DNA of 55,953 nucleotides from Octopus bimaculoides (taxonomy: Eukaryota): contig NC_068999.1 in the NCBI RefSeq assembly GCF_001194135.2, forward strand, positions 38,273,652 through 38,329,604, given 5' to 3'. The notes under the pieces are model-generated. The model searched no databases. It was given only the letters and a program-made list of their open reading frames with translations, and was not told the DNA's origin. Below are positions 12,300-23,669 of the stretch, in pieces. The translations under genes and the position numbers were made by a program. The first letter of the stretch is position 1. Every line of letters starts with the position of its first letter.

Positions 12300-12565
12300 C
12301 AATTTCATTCAGCTGTCATGGAGAATGTTTTTAGACATAGAATTATCTGAGGATAATTTGTATTTGGTTTACAAGATTCTTTATGTGAAGTCATGTGTTG
12401 AAACATATTTTATTGTGTCTGGGGAGGATCATTCTATTTTAGTGCCTTATTACTTAACACACTCAGTGGTTCAATTTCCGTTCATTTACTTATCTATTTA
12501 AATCAAACCAGCGTGTTAAGTAATAGGGCACTAACAGAGAACGACTCTCCCCAGACACAATAAAA
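12300..12565. mobile_element. Fold-back/palindromic MITE, right arm truncated
   Basis: 12408-12471 and 12506-12565 are inverted repeats (about 80% identical by eye). Confidence 0.6.
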
Positions 12566-12574
12566 TAATAATGA

Positions 12575-12830
12575 TAATAATAAACATATTAAGAATATTG
12601 GAGCTGCTGTCGGGCTTGAGGTGATCCAGAAGACAGCATTGTTGGGTACAGCTTGCATTCTAAGGCAAGTATTGTCTCTTTGAGTCACAGCAGAAGAAGG
12701 CACTACTTGAAACCTTTGGTGATTTGTTATTGCCTGCTTTCAAATAAAAAATAACTGGTAATTAAGAACTATTTGAGAGAGTCTTTGAGAATAACAGCAA
12801 TAATAATAATGAAATAAAGTACACGTTGAG
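12575..12830 (+). mobile_element. R4/Dong-type LINE extreme 3' end
   Basis: NKHIKNIGAAVGLEVIQKTALLGTACILRQVLSL*; (AAT)n on both sides. Confidence 0.7.
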
Positions 12831-12964
12831 TACAGGGCTTAAGATAATTGACTATCCTCCTCCTCATCATCATCATCCCCCTCCCCCCACACATTTCAAG
12901 TCTTGCACCTGACATAGAATTCTTTTTGTCACCTGTTTTGATCCTCTTCATTCTTTTTCATCAG

Positions 12965-13111
12965 GATCTTATATTGGCCGTAATAAAGGAGAACGAAACA
13001 GAAAACCATTTGATCAAGGTCACTGTTGCACAAAAGGAGAGATTGAATCAGGAGATTGCTAGAATGGAGAAAGAAAAGAAAGCAATTAGGGAAAAAATCA
13101 ACATGGATGAG
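12965..13111 (+). CDS. CCDC39: Internal coding exon (equivalent to human exon 3) of CCDC39
   Basis: ttcatcAG acceptor; 147 nt phase 0-0; GTAGGA donor at 13112. Translates DLILAVIKENETENHLIKVTVAQKERLNQEIARMEKEKKAIREKINMDE, which aligns without gaps to the recalled human segment [49 protein letters not shown] (49 aa). In frame with the preceding exon. Confidence 0.88.
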
Positions 13112-13658
13112 GTAGGAGACATTTGAAAGGAAATTCATTTTATTTCAGAGTTGTACTTGTCTAGCATTTAGATCTGAGGCTGTGTATTGAAACTAAAGCA
13201 ATTCTATACAATGTGTGAAAAACACATTTTAACCATTCAAAAACATACAGAAAAAAAAAAAATGTTGACTTCACTACAATTTGGTCACTGACACAGTTTT
13301 GCTGTGTCTCTGTGTCAGTGACCAGGTTGCAGAGAGTATGAGGAAAATATTGACACCAATTAATTAATGATAAAGTTAACAATTTCTGTGAGTTTTTCAA
13401 TGACTAAAATGTGTCTCCCTTGATGTAGAATATATTCTATTGTTTTCTCGTTGCTGATTGTTCTTGTTTTTTTTTGTTTTTTTAATTTGCTGTCATGTGA
13501 TATCTCACTGATTCATATCAATCTCTGTGAATTAATTATTCATCATGATGTTTTTTGTCTTTTTATTATTTCATGTTTTTGGTTTTTATTGTTTTTAATT
13601 TTTTTCTGTTTGCATTTATAATATATCTGTAATAAGAAACAGATTAAAAAACAGTGTT

Positions 13659-13705
<47 letters not shown>

Positions 13706-14534
13706 TTGAGAGAGAGAGAGAGGTAAGAGGCAGAATCAAAGTATGAGGGAGAGAGAGACAGAGGGACACATAGTGTTTTAGAGGGAGTAATTATAGTGTT
13801 GCTGGAGACTTAGAAATAGCCCCATTTAGTCATAACCCAGAGAGTATAATCTGTTGGATTATTCTGGTTTGAGAAAAGGTCTCCCATGTCCCTCGATATT
13901 GTAATGGGTCACAATATTGAAGTCTGACTGGAAACCTTTCGAGCTGTAAATCATTACCTTGGGAGAGCCACCTAACCCATGCTAGTGTAGATAAAGTGGA
14001 TGTAAAACCGTGACAATGCTGATGAGGTACATCGAGAAAAGGATTCAGTCCCAGGATGTTAACGATGTTCATTGTATTGGACCTAGAAAGATGACAAGTA
14101 AACTTGACCATGACTGTATTTAAACACAGGGCTGAAGGTATTTAATACTAATTTCACTTTTGTAAGGAATAATGGTGCAACAAGACTGAGGCATTGAGGA
14201 TGCTAGAAGCATTTGGCCCAGGGTCAGAACATCTGACTCATCAAAACTGGAGCTGTTGTTTGGGAATTCCCTTACATCAGTGGGTGGCCCTGGACAGCTC
14301 TGGTGTCATGGTGGAAGGGGCCAAAACACTTACAGAACTGCTTCACTGCCTGATGAGACATCAACTCCTGCATTCAAAGACAGAATACAGCAATACTTTC
14401 AGCAGACAAAGGTTTACCGTTTAGAAAAAAGAAAAAACGAAAACTGGTCTTGTCAACAGCTTTTGTATTGATGTTTTTTTACTGCTGTTTAGATGCAAAC
14501 TGAGAAGATTTTTAATTGATTGTATGATGACCAA

Positions 14535-14655
14535 GTATATTACTGGTATATATTTTATCAGGCCTAAAGAGATGAACATAAAATTCAGTTTTGGCACTTT
14601 TAGAACACGTAATTAAACAGTTTAAACACTAAGATATTTACTTGTGTTTAGTCCA
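14535..14655 (-). mobile_element. SINE family C, decayed
   Basis: Degenerate reverse complement of 23670-23880. Confidence 0.5.
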
Positions 14656-14829
14656 CAGCAATTTTTTTATCTTTTCTCTCTACTATCCACAATAATTCCT
14701 TTACAGAAAAATGGATCAATAGTATCATTCTATTTATTTTTCGGAGACATAAGAGAAAAAGAGAAAGTTCTGCTATATTTTCAAACAGTATTGAACAGTT
14801 AAAACCTTAAATTGAAACCTATTATTTTC

Positions 14830-15260
14830 CGTAATCAATAAGTGATATTTGTCCTTCATGTTTGTAAGATCCCCAGATTAACTACATTTCACATTGTGGG
14901 TCCTGAGGTAGCTTAAACCAATATTAGCACAAGCTTCACGGTTGCAGTGGAAGCATGTAATAGCAGAGCCAGGAGCCATCGGTGGAACTCTTGCTTTCCG
15001 TGCAACCTTTTTTCTCTTCATTTCTAATTTTGAATACCATATTCCAGAAGACATAGCACCAATAAATAGGCAGTGTGACTATATAAGAATATTTGATGCT
15101 TTTATCGGTTCTTAGAATGACCCTTTATCAAGAAGAAATTTGTTCCCTGCTTAGGATTTCGGGTCCTAGTTGAGTTGCAATGAGGCAAGGTTCTTCAGCA
15201 ATGAAAGAATTTCGATAAAAGTTAAGCTGCCTGAAAGCAAATGGTGGAAGCAATGAAGGT
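14830..15260 (-). mobile_element. RTE (BovB-like) LINE 3' fragment
   Basis: Minus frame KLEMKRKKVARKARVPPMAPGSAITCFHCNREACANIGLSYLRTH resembles the RTE C-terminal CxxC...IGL.SH.RTH motif. Confidence 0.55.
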
Positions 15261-15862
15261 GAGCAAATGCAAGGGGAATAACTATAAATGGAAAACTATG
15301 TATTATGTCCCTTATTAATAGCGTTTACGAGTATATGGACACACAAGCACACACATACACACATACACACACGCATTTTTAAATAATTTTAATACTATAA
15401 AACTGGAAATTGAAATTTACTTTTTTTTTTTGTGTGTATATTCTTTCATTTTAACATATTTACTGAAGATGATAAAACTTGGCTAGATTCCCAGTTCTGA
15501 GATATTCTTTTCCCACAAAATAATAAAGTCTATTTATACAAGCTGTTGAATACTCAATGGTTTATGCATGATCAGTCAGTTCAATGTATCGGCATGAACG
15601 CTCGACTAACCCTCACACACACACACACACACGCGCATGCACACATGCACACGTGCGTTTCTTCTTTATTGCTTGCTTACGTTTAACTTATTTATTGCCG
15701 AGATATCGGATGAGAAGAATAGCAGGAAGTTTCCTTATTGTTTGTGGTGTTGAGTTTCTTTAAATTTTGGTATCTCTTGTAAATTTACTATTTTTACTTT
15801 CAGTTGATAATCTAAATTACAGGAAACAATATAACTCTCTTCTTTTCTCTCACACCCTTTTG

Positions 15863-15894
<32 letters not shown>

Positions 15895-16501
15895 TCTCTC
15901 TTCTTAAACACACACACACACATTTCAAACGAGATGCAATTCCCGCATTTCACTAGCAACAACTCATTTATACTTTTTTGTCTCTACATTTCTATTCACT
16001 GATTACATTCCTCAATGGTTTAATGCTTATGACAAACACTACAGCATACATACATACCTGCTTCCATCATAAACTTGCATGCATACATTTATATATAATT
16101 TTTACATTGTTTTAATCCACCAAAAACTTTTTATTCCTTTTCCTTGTTTTCTTTACATTTCTCTTTTATTCTGTTCAAAGTTCCTTTTGTTGTTTGTCTT
16201 CAATAGACTAAAAGTACTACAATACAGTGAAACTGCTGAAAATCGCATATCTCATCTCCTTACCACAGTAAAACGATTTCTCAGTCTGAATTTCTGCATA
16301 AGAAAACTGGGCAGAGAGAGAATTGTTGAGAGTTGCTCTTCGATAAAAACATTAATTAGCAAAGTAGTTTAAATACAGCAACTGGCAGGATGGACACAGT
16401 AGAGATGATGGGGGTGGGTGGGATATCCCACATTTCTTTTCATTTCAAGTGTATAAAGCTTACATAGAATGAACAAATGTTTGCACATAATATAAATTGG
16501 C

Positions 16502-16694
16502 GGTACTACTAAAGCAGAGTGGTCCCAAACGCGCATCCGTGCTAGCTAGTCATGCGTGGTCGATCCTACAAAAAGTGTGCGTGCACGCGTGTGCAAATGA
16601 ATACGTGTTTAGGGTTAGGGATAGGGTTAGGGTTAGGATCGACCACTCACGACTAGCTAGCGCGGACGCGCGACCACTCTGCTTTAGTAGTACC
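16502..16694. mobile_element. 193-bp MITE with long TIRs, 9-bp TSD and internal (TTAGGG)n; Merlin- or MULE-type
   Basis: TSD TAAATTGGC at 16493-16501 and 16695-16703; perfect 23-bp terminal IR GGTACTACTAAAGCAGAGTGGTC, imperfect to ~65 bp; five TTAGGG-like units at 16609-16637. Confidence 0.9.
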
Positions 16695-17038
16695 TAAATT
16701 GGCTTTCACTCTGGATGTGTATATAAATTAGAGGTTTATATTATGGATGTTGTGTATAATTTAAACTTCATTGAAGTTTATCCAAATAAATTGGATTATA
16801 CACACACTGGCTATTCCATGGATAAACTGGAAAATATACACATTGAATATAAACTAGAAGGTATATACACACTGGATGTTGTCTAAAATAAAAAGGATAT
16901 ACACACGGTATGTCATGTAAATAAATCAACCAAGGAAAACAGAATAAGATATGTAAATATAAACACAAAAATGTCAAAAGTCTGTTTGAACATGAAATTT
17001 CTGAAATATTCAATATTTTATCCTCGATATCAATAATT

Positions 17039-17078
<40 letters not shown>

Positions 17079-17164
17079 TATGGAATGCTGATGGATTGCC
17101 AGCCAAGCTGTTTTGACCTGAACTAGTCTCCTCAGTGAGAAATACCACAGATTTGCTGATCCAC

Positions 17165-17482
17165 CCACACAGGTTTGACTGTGTGGTTTAGAAGCTCATT
17201 TTGCAACCCAACTACATGGTCTTGGTTGAAGGGAACGGAAAGAAGCCCCTTGTATTTGTGTCTTGTTGTCTTGCCATGGCATGAAGCTTCAAGTGACCAT
17301 TACTGACAGCGTCCTCCTTTTCCAATCTTCTGCAAAAACATGTCTGGCCACAGGGAAATCTTATCTTGTTTGGAAACAGGTGAGAGTTAACAATGGATGC
17401 AGCATCTGACCACCAAAAATCTACTTCAATAAGTTCTGCCTCGTGTTAACATGGAAAAGTAGACATTAAAATAAAGATGATG
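17165..17482 (+). mobile_element. Chimeric SINE: family A head plus RTE-type (family B) tail
   Basis: Head matches 2881-3030; a different middle (AAACATGTCTGGCCA...GGAAACAGGTGA); tail CATGGAAAAGTAGACATTAAA...GATGATG. The same layout occurs at 20470-20900. Confidence 0.65.
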
Positions 17483-17879
17483 ACATACACACCTATGCAG
17501 ACCACATGGGCTTCCACTTAGTTTCCATTCACCAAATTTCCCAGCAGCCATCAACCTGAAACTATAGCACAATTCCCTAACATAAAATACTACAAAATGG
17601 AATTGAAATTAGTTCTCAAAGAATCTTCTTAACATTCCTGAACCCAGTTCCATGGGTTTTTTTTCTCTTTCAATTTTTCTTCTTTTATTCATTCCATATT
17701 TAATGTTTCTCTTTCTTTCCCCTTACTGCTTGTTTTTCTTTCTCTCTTGTCTTTTCCTTCTGCTTTCCATCTTTTCTTCATTTCTATTTTTATTTCTTTT
17801 CCCCCTTTTCTCTATATTCCATTGTGTGTGTGTGAGTGTGCATCCGTTGTATATATCTGTAATATGCTGATTGCAGCAA

Positions 17880-18077
17880 AAATGTGCTTGTGTATGTATT
17901 CCTAAGTATGTAGGCGTGTGTATATATGCCTGGTGCGCACATATGCTTCTCTATGTACATGTGCATGTGTTTTCATGTGTGAACATCAATACATGAGTAT
18001 TTGCACACATTGATGTTGGTAGTAATATGCATGCATATGTGTGTATGTGTATATATGTATATATAAGTATTTATATG

Positions 18078-18112
<35 letters not shown>

Positions 18113-18121
18113 ATATATATG

Positions 18122-18158
<37 letters not shown>

Positions 18159-18361
18159 ATATATATGTATATATACACACCACACACATATATATGTATA
18201 TCTCTATTTGTGTGTACTTCTCTATGTGCGTGTGTGTGCATGTGTGTGTGTATTATGTGTCTGTGTGTTTACTCATGTATACATTTGTATACATGTTTCT
18301 GTGTATTCATGTGTGTTTGTATAAGCACATGCATGTGTTTCTTTGTGTGTGTGTACATACA

Positions 18362-18395
<34 letters not shown>

Positions 18396-18430
18396 CATAC
18401 ATACATACATACATGCATATATATATGTAG
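17880..18430. repeat. Composite (TA)n/(TG)n/(CATA)n microsatellite field
   Basis: Seen directly. Confidence 0.95.
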
Positions 18431-18939
18431 CTATTATAAATATTAAATGCAGGATAATGATCTAAATCTTAAATATTTATTGAAAGTTAACATTTTTATC
18501 CCCTAATCAAGTAAAATATAGATTGCCTGTTTTGTCGTTCATCTTATTTTTGTTTTCCTTTTTTCTATCTTCCTCCGTTCCACAAATCCTTTCCTCTTCC
18601 CTATGGAATATGGTTGAAAGAACAGTATTTTGGGGTTTTCACTTGCCGAACTTGCAATACACCTGCATCCTTATTTCAAATGAACACCTCTTGGTTCCAG
18701 TTTACATGAACTATTAGCAACACTTATGGCACTAGTTGCTAGCTGTGGTGGAAGTAGTCACTTAGTAATACAGTATAGTATGTAGTGCTAATGGTTTTTG
18801 CTACTAAATAGGGTTCCTTATAAGTGAAATAGTTTTCTTACAAGCTTAGTTTTGTATAAATGATAGTATTAATCCATAAAAGAATGTTTGACAAGCTGAT
18901 GCCTTTATTTTATTGATATCAATTGGGAAAAATATGCCT

Positions 18940-19330
18940 TGCACTTGACTGGCACTTTATTCCATCAACCCAAAAGGTGAAAGACAAAGTTGGCTCAGGG
19001 AAGATTTGAACCTATGTAAAGGATTACAATGGACTGTATTTTACTCAATGTACTAATGGTTTTGCCACTCCACCATCCTAATGAATTCTAGTCCAGGCCC
19101 ACCACCCAAGAGATTTTGGAAGTGAGTGAGCATTATACGTCAACTAAATTAATTCTGTTACTTGAAAGGTATTTATTTTAGTGACCCTGGAATGATGAAA
19201 TATAAAGTGGGCTGCACCAGGATTTGAACTCAGAATGTAAAAGGACATAAACAAATAGCCCTAAATAGTTTTTATCTGGGGCTCTTCTGTCGTCCACCTC
19301 CCCCAATAATACAAATAATTGTTTCTGATT
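18940..19330 (-). mobile_element. Two decayed SINE family C copies
   Basis: ATTTGAACTCAGAA / GATGAAA..AAAGT motifs, the reverse complement of family C. Confidence 0.5.
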
Positions 19331-19393
19331 CAGGTCTAAAGTCAGCAATTTTGAGGAGAGGAATTTGTAGATACCATCAACCCTAGTTGAACG

Positions 19394-19893
19394 ATACAGG
19401 CTAAACAACAAGACATAGTCATTAAAGACAAAAAGAAAAAAACTTGTAGAATAATAGATGTAAGTGTTCTCACGGATAAAGATATATCTGTAAAGGAATC
19501 TGACAAATTAAGTAAATATAAGGATCTGGAAATTGAAGCACAAAAGATGTGGAATCTTAAAAAGAGAACTGTTCCTGTTATTGTAGCTATGATGAAAAAA
19601 AAAAAGGATATCAGAAACATCTAGATAATATCCCAGGAGAACCATGTCTCAGAGTAACTCAGAAGATTGTACTGACATGTACTGCTCACTTCCTTAGTAA
19701 AACCCTATCCATTTAAATGTCTGTGTTGTATTACATGAAGATATTTCTCTACTTCTCCTCCCCGAGCTTCCAGTCATACTGTAACATCCCTTATCCTTTA
19801 ATCGTCCCAGGATGCTGAGTGTGTCTTACAGATGTGCAGATTAAAAGTAAAAATAATAATAGTAATAATAATAATAATGATGATGATGATGAT
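19394..19893 (+). mobile_element. R4/Dong-type LINE 3' end including the decayed REL endonuclease motif
   Basis: IQAKQQDIVIKDKKKKTCRIIDVSVLTDKDISVKESDKLSKYKDLEIEAQKMWNLKKRTVPVIV (PD..D..K-type region), then a frameshift, QKIVLTCTAHFLSKTLSI* and an (AAT)n tail. Confidence 0.8.
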
Positions 19894-20469
19894 AAAAAGA
19901 AGAATCTTTGCACATAGTTTGCTATATTAGTGGGAGAGTGAGAGTTGATTTCGTTGAGTCATTAGAATTATATTTTACAAATCCCTAAAGAACAATGGAG
20001 ATAATTGACTGTGGCAAAGAGGAGAAGGACATCAGCAACCGTAATGATAATCTGTGATCAGTACCATTGCTAGAATGTAATGGCCGGGCAACAAGACAAT
20101 TGTATCAGCTGTGTATTAACTGCATGTTGCTGCAGTAATTTGATATGCCTAAAGTGTTGTCATTGCAGCTAGCAGTGCACTCTACTTTGTGTTGTATTTG
20201 CATACAGCTGCAATAAATTGAAATAAATTGAATTGTAAAATGGCAGTGATAAATGTGAGCAAGCTGATTTATTTAACCTCCACAAACCTGAAAGTCACAG
20301 GCTTTACAAGCCATCAGTGGATCCTCTCAGCAACCATTCAGGTGGTAAGAAATCATGGCTAATTCTCCCTCAAAATCATAGCTTAAATGCATATAAAAAA
20401 GAAAATAGATAATGTAGTTTTGAAATACCTTTTTACCTGTTGCAGGTAATACTTGCAGGAGGTAAAAAT

Positions 20470-20900
20470 GTTTGAGGTGTAGTGCTATATGGTTAACAAG
20501 CTTGCTTTCCAACCAAGTGGCTTCAGGTTCAGTCTCTCTGTGTGGCACCATGGGCAAGTAATTTTTGTTATAGCCTTGGCCAACCAACGCCTTGTGAGTT
20601 GATATTGTAGACAGAAACTGAGAGAAACCCTTTACACATGTATGTGTCTTTGTTTTGCCCACATGTGATGGTTGTTAAAGTAACAACACTGTCATACAAG
20701 TGATAACATTCCTTTTCTATCTTTCAGAAAAAAAAAATAAAAACATGTCTGGCCATGTGGGATTATTACCTTGATCAGACAGGTGACAAGACAGGTGACA
20801 AGAGAGGTGAGAGGTGGTGACAGGAAGGGCTTCAGAGCATAGAAAATTTGCCTAAACAAATTTCATTTGGATAATGCAAGCATAGAGAAGTTGTGAAAAT
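20470..20900 (+). mobile_element. Chimeric SINE (family A head, family B tail)
   Basis: Same layout as 17165-17482. Confidence 0.6.
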
Positions 20901-21851
20901 GATGGTGGTGTAGGTGATGTGGTGGTGGAGTCATATCCACCATATCATTTGTTGATCGGATATTTTTTATCACTTACTCATGAGAGAAGGGCTGTGCCCC
21001 TAACCCTTTCTAGGGCCTCGGACACAGGTAAGAGAGTGTGGGAAGGAGGAAGGTATCTTTAAGCCAAAGACCTGACCTGAATTCTTGCTCCACTAAAAGT
21101 ACCCTGGGCACCAACAATGTAGTATCATGCTGAGCAATGGATTAAAGCTATCACACAGGGATGGCCACTGCAGGATTTGAACTCAGAACACAAACAGCCA
21201 AAACAAACACAGCAATGCCTGATCAATTCTCTTGTCACTGTCTTTCATTTAGTTTGACTCCTAATCAAACTCCAGGATCCTTCTTCTTTGTTTGTTTGTT
21301 TGTTGCTGTTGTTGTTTCAAGCACAACATTATTTAGGTTCACAATAACCAATATACCTTCTGTTTTTTACAGCAGTAGGAAATACTTTGTGGGGAAAAAG
21401 AGATTTGATTGCTATATCTAGCAAGAAGGGAGACCATACAGAGATTCTCACTCTCTTCTTTGTAATTAGATTGCATAAGTTTCAGTTGCTATTTCTAGCA
21501 TGAAGAGAGACCACACACACACACACACACACATTCTCTCTCTCACTTTTCTGTTATTCCATTGCTCAGATTTCTACCTTGGATATTTCAAGTTAGTTAT
21601 CTATTAAATACAAAATCTTTTCTAGAGAAATTTTCTTTTCTTTTCCTTCATTTTAAACTTTTTCCCAATTATCTCTTTCGTATGCAAAGTTTTGATAATT
21701 TTAAACATGCTTAGTTGAATATATTGATTAAACGTTATTTTTCTTCAAACACCCACACACATTCCACAATTATCCTCCCTCACACAAATTTACAAACGCT
21801 ATCGAGACTTCTTTTTTTTTTTTCATTTTTTTTCATTTTTTAAAAAATATA

Positions 21852-22219
21852 TTTTTCATACTTGTTTCAGTCATTAGACTTGTGGCAATGCTGAAGCACT
21901 GCTTTGTAGAGTGACTGGGACAAAGCAAACTCAGTACTTACTTTTTTAAGTCCATCGATGTCTTTTGATGAACTGCTAAGTTACAGGAATGTAAACAAAC
22001 CAACTCTGGTTGTCAGGCAGTGATGGTGATGGTGGTGCGACACAAACACAGATGCACACACACACACATTAACAACAAGCTTCCATATAGTTTCCATCTA
22101 TCAATTTCACTAACAAGTTGGAACTTTAGTAGAAGACACCTGCCCAAGGTGCTGTGCAGTGGGAATGAACGTGAAGTCATGTAGTTACAAAGTGAACTTC
22201 TTAACCACACAGCTATACC
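21852..22219 (-). mobile_element. SINE family A, full-length older copy
   Basis: Reverse complement of 2881-3286 with the internal (CA)n. Confidence 0.75.
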
Positions 22220-22547
22220 AAGGTTTCACTCAGTCAGTGAAATTCTTTTGACTAAGCTGTCTTGTTTTGAGTGCTTTTATCTGCTAAATATAAAGAAATT
22301 ATGCAAGAATGTGTGGTTCCTCATTTCTTTGGATTAGCCAGTGACTCCCTGTTTAGTGGTGGACAAAGAATTATTGGCTAATCCAAAACTCATCCAAGGT
22401 GCTGTACAGTGGAACTGAACCCACAACTATGTGGTTTTGAAGAGCACTTTTCAACCACACAACCACATCTGCACCTATAAATGTAGATACGAGTATAAGA
22501 CAATGGTTGGTTGAGCACCAATTCCATGATGGACTGATGGAAACCTG

Positions 22548-22590
<43 letters not shown>

Positions 22591-23341
22591 NNNNNNNNNN
22601 NNNNNNNNNNNNNNNNNNNNNNNNNNNNNNNNNNNNNNNNNNNNNNNNNNNNNNNNNNNNNNNNNNNNNNNNNNNNNNNNNNNNNNNNNNNNNNNNNNNN
22701 NNNNNNNNNNNNNNNNNNNNNNNNNNNNNNNNNNNNNNNNNNNNNNNNNNNNNNNNNNNNNNNNNNNNNNNNNNNNNNNNNNNNNNNNNNNNNNNNNNNN
22801 NNNNNNNNNNNNNNNNNNNNNNNNNNNNNNNNNNNNNNNNNNNNNNNNNNNNNNNNNNNNNNNNNNNNNNNNNNNNNNNNNNNNNNNNNNNNNNNNNNNN
22901 NNNNNNNNNNNNNNNNNNNNNNNNNNNNNNNNNNNNNNNNNNNNNNNNNNNNNNNNNNNNNNNNNNNNNNNNNNNNNNNNNNNNNNNNNNNNNNNNNNNN
23001 NNNNNNNNNNNNNNNNNNNNNNNNNNNNNNNNNNNNNNNNNNNNNNNNNNNNNNNNNNNNNNNNNNNNNNNNNNNNNNNNNNNNNNNNNNNNNNNNNNNN
23101 NNNNNNNNNNNNNNNNNNNNNNNNNNNNNNNNNNNNNNNNNNNNNNNNNNNNNNNNNNNNNNNNNNNNNNNNNNNNNNNNNNNNNNNNNNNNNNNNNNNN
23201 NNNNNNNNNNNNNNNNNNNNNNNNNNNNNNNNNNNNNNNNNNNNNNNNNNNNNNNNNNNNNNNNNNNNNNNNNNNNNNNNNNNNNNNNNNNNNNNNNNNN
23301 NNNNNNNNNNNNNNNNNNNNNNNNNNNNNNNNNNNNNNNNN

Positions 23342-23560
23342 CACATATACATATATACATATACACACATATACATATATACATATACATATATACGACA
23401 GGCTTCTTTCAGTTTCCGTCTACCAAATCCACTCACAAGGCTTTGGTCGGCCTGAGGCTATAGTAGAAGACACTTACCCAAGGTGTCATGTAGTGGGAAT
23501 GAACCTGGAACCATGTGTTTGGTAAGCAAGCTACTTACAACACAGCCACTCCTGCGCCTA
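23342..23560 (-). mobile_element. SINE family A 5' half; its internal microsatellite runs into a gap
   Basis: Close to the reverse complement of 2881-3060. Confidence 0.85.
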
Positions 23561-23669
23561 TGATGATGATTATTATTATTATTTTTTGTTTTAATCATTT
23601 CATTATAATATGTAAAACCCCCACAATTTATGCCTGTCTCTGTACAGTCCCCCTCATCCTTCACCCTTG

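Noticed and set aside
22390-23463. 300-470 aa ORFs spanning N runs (also 8072, 24508, 33865, 45175, 53086)
   Set aside because: They are open only because N codons are not stops.
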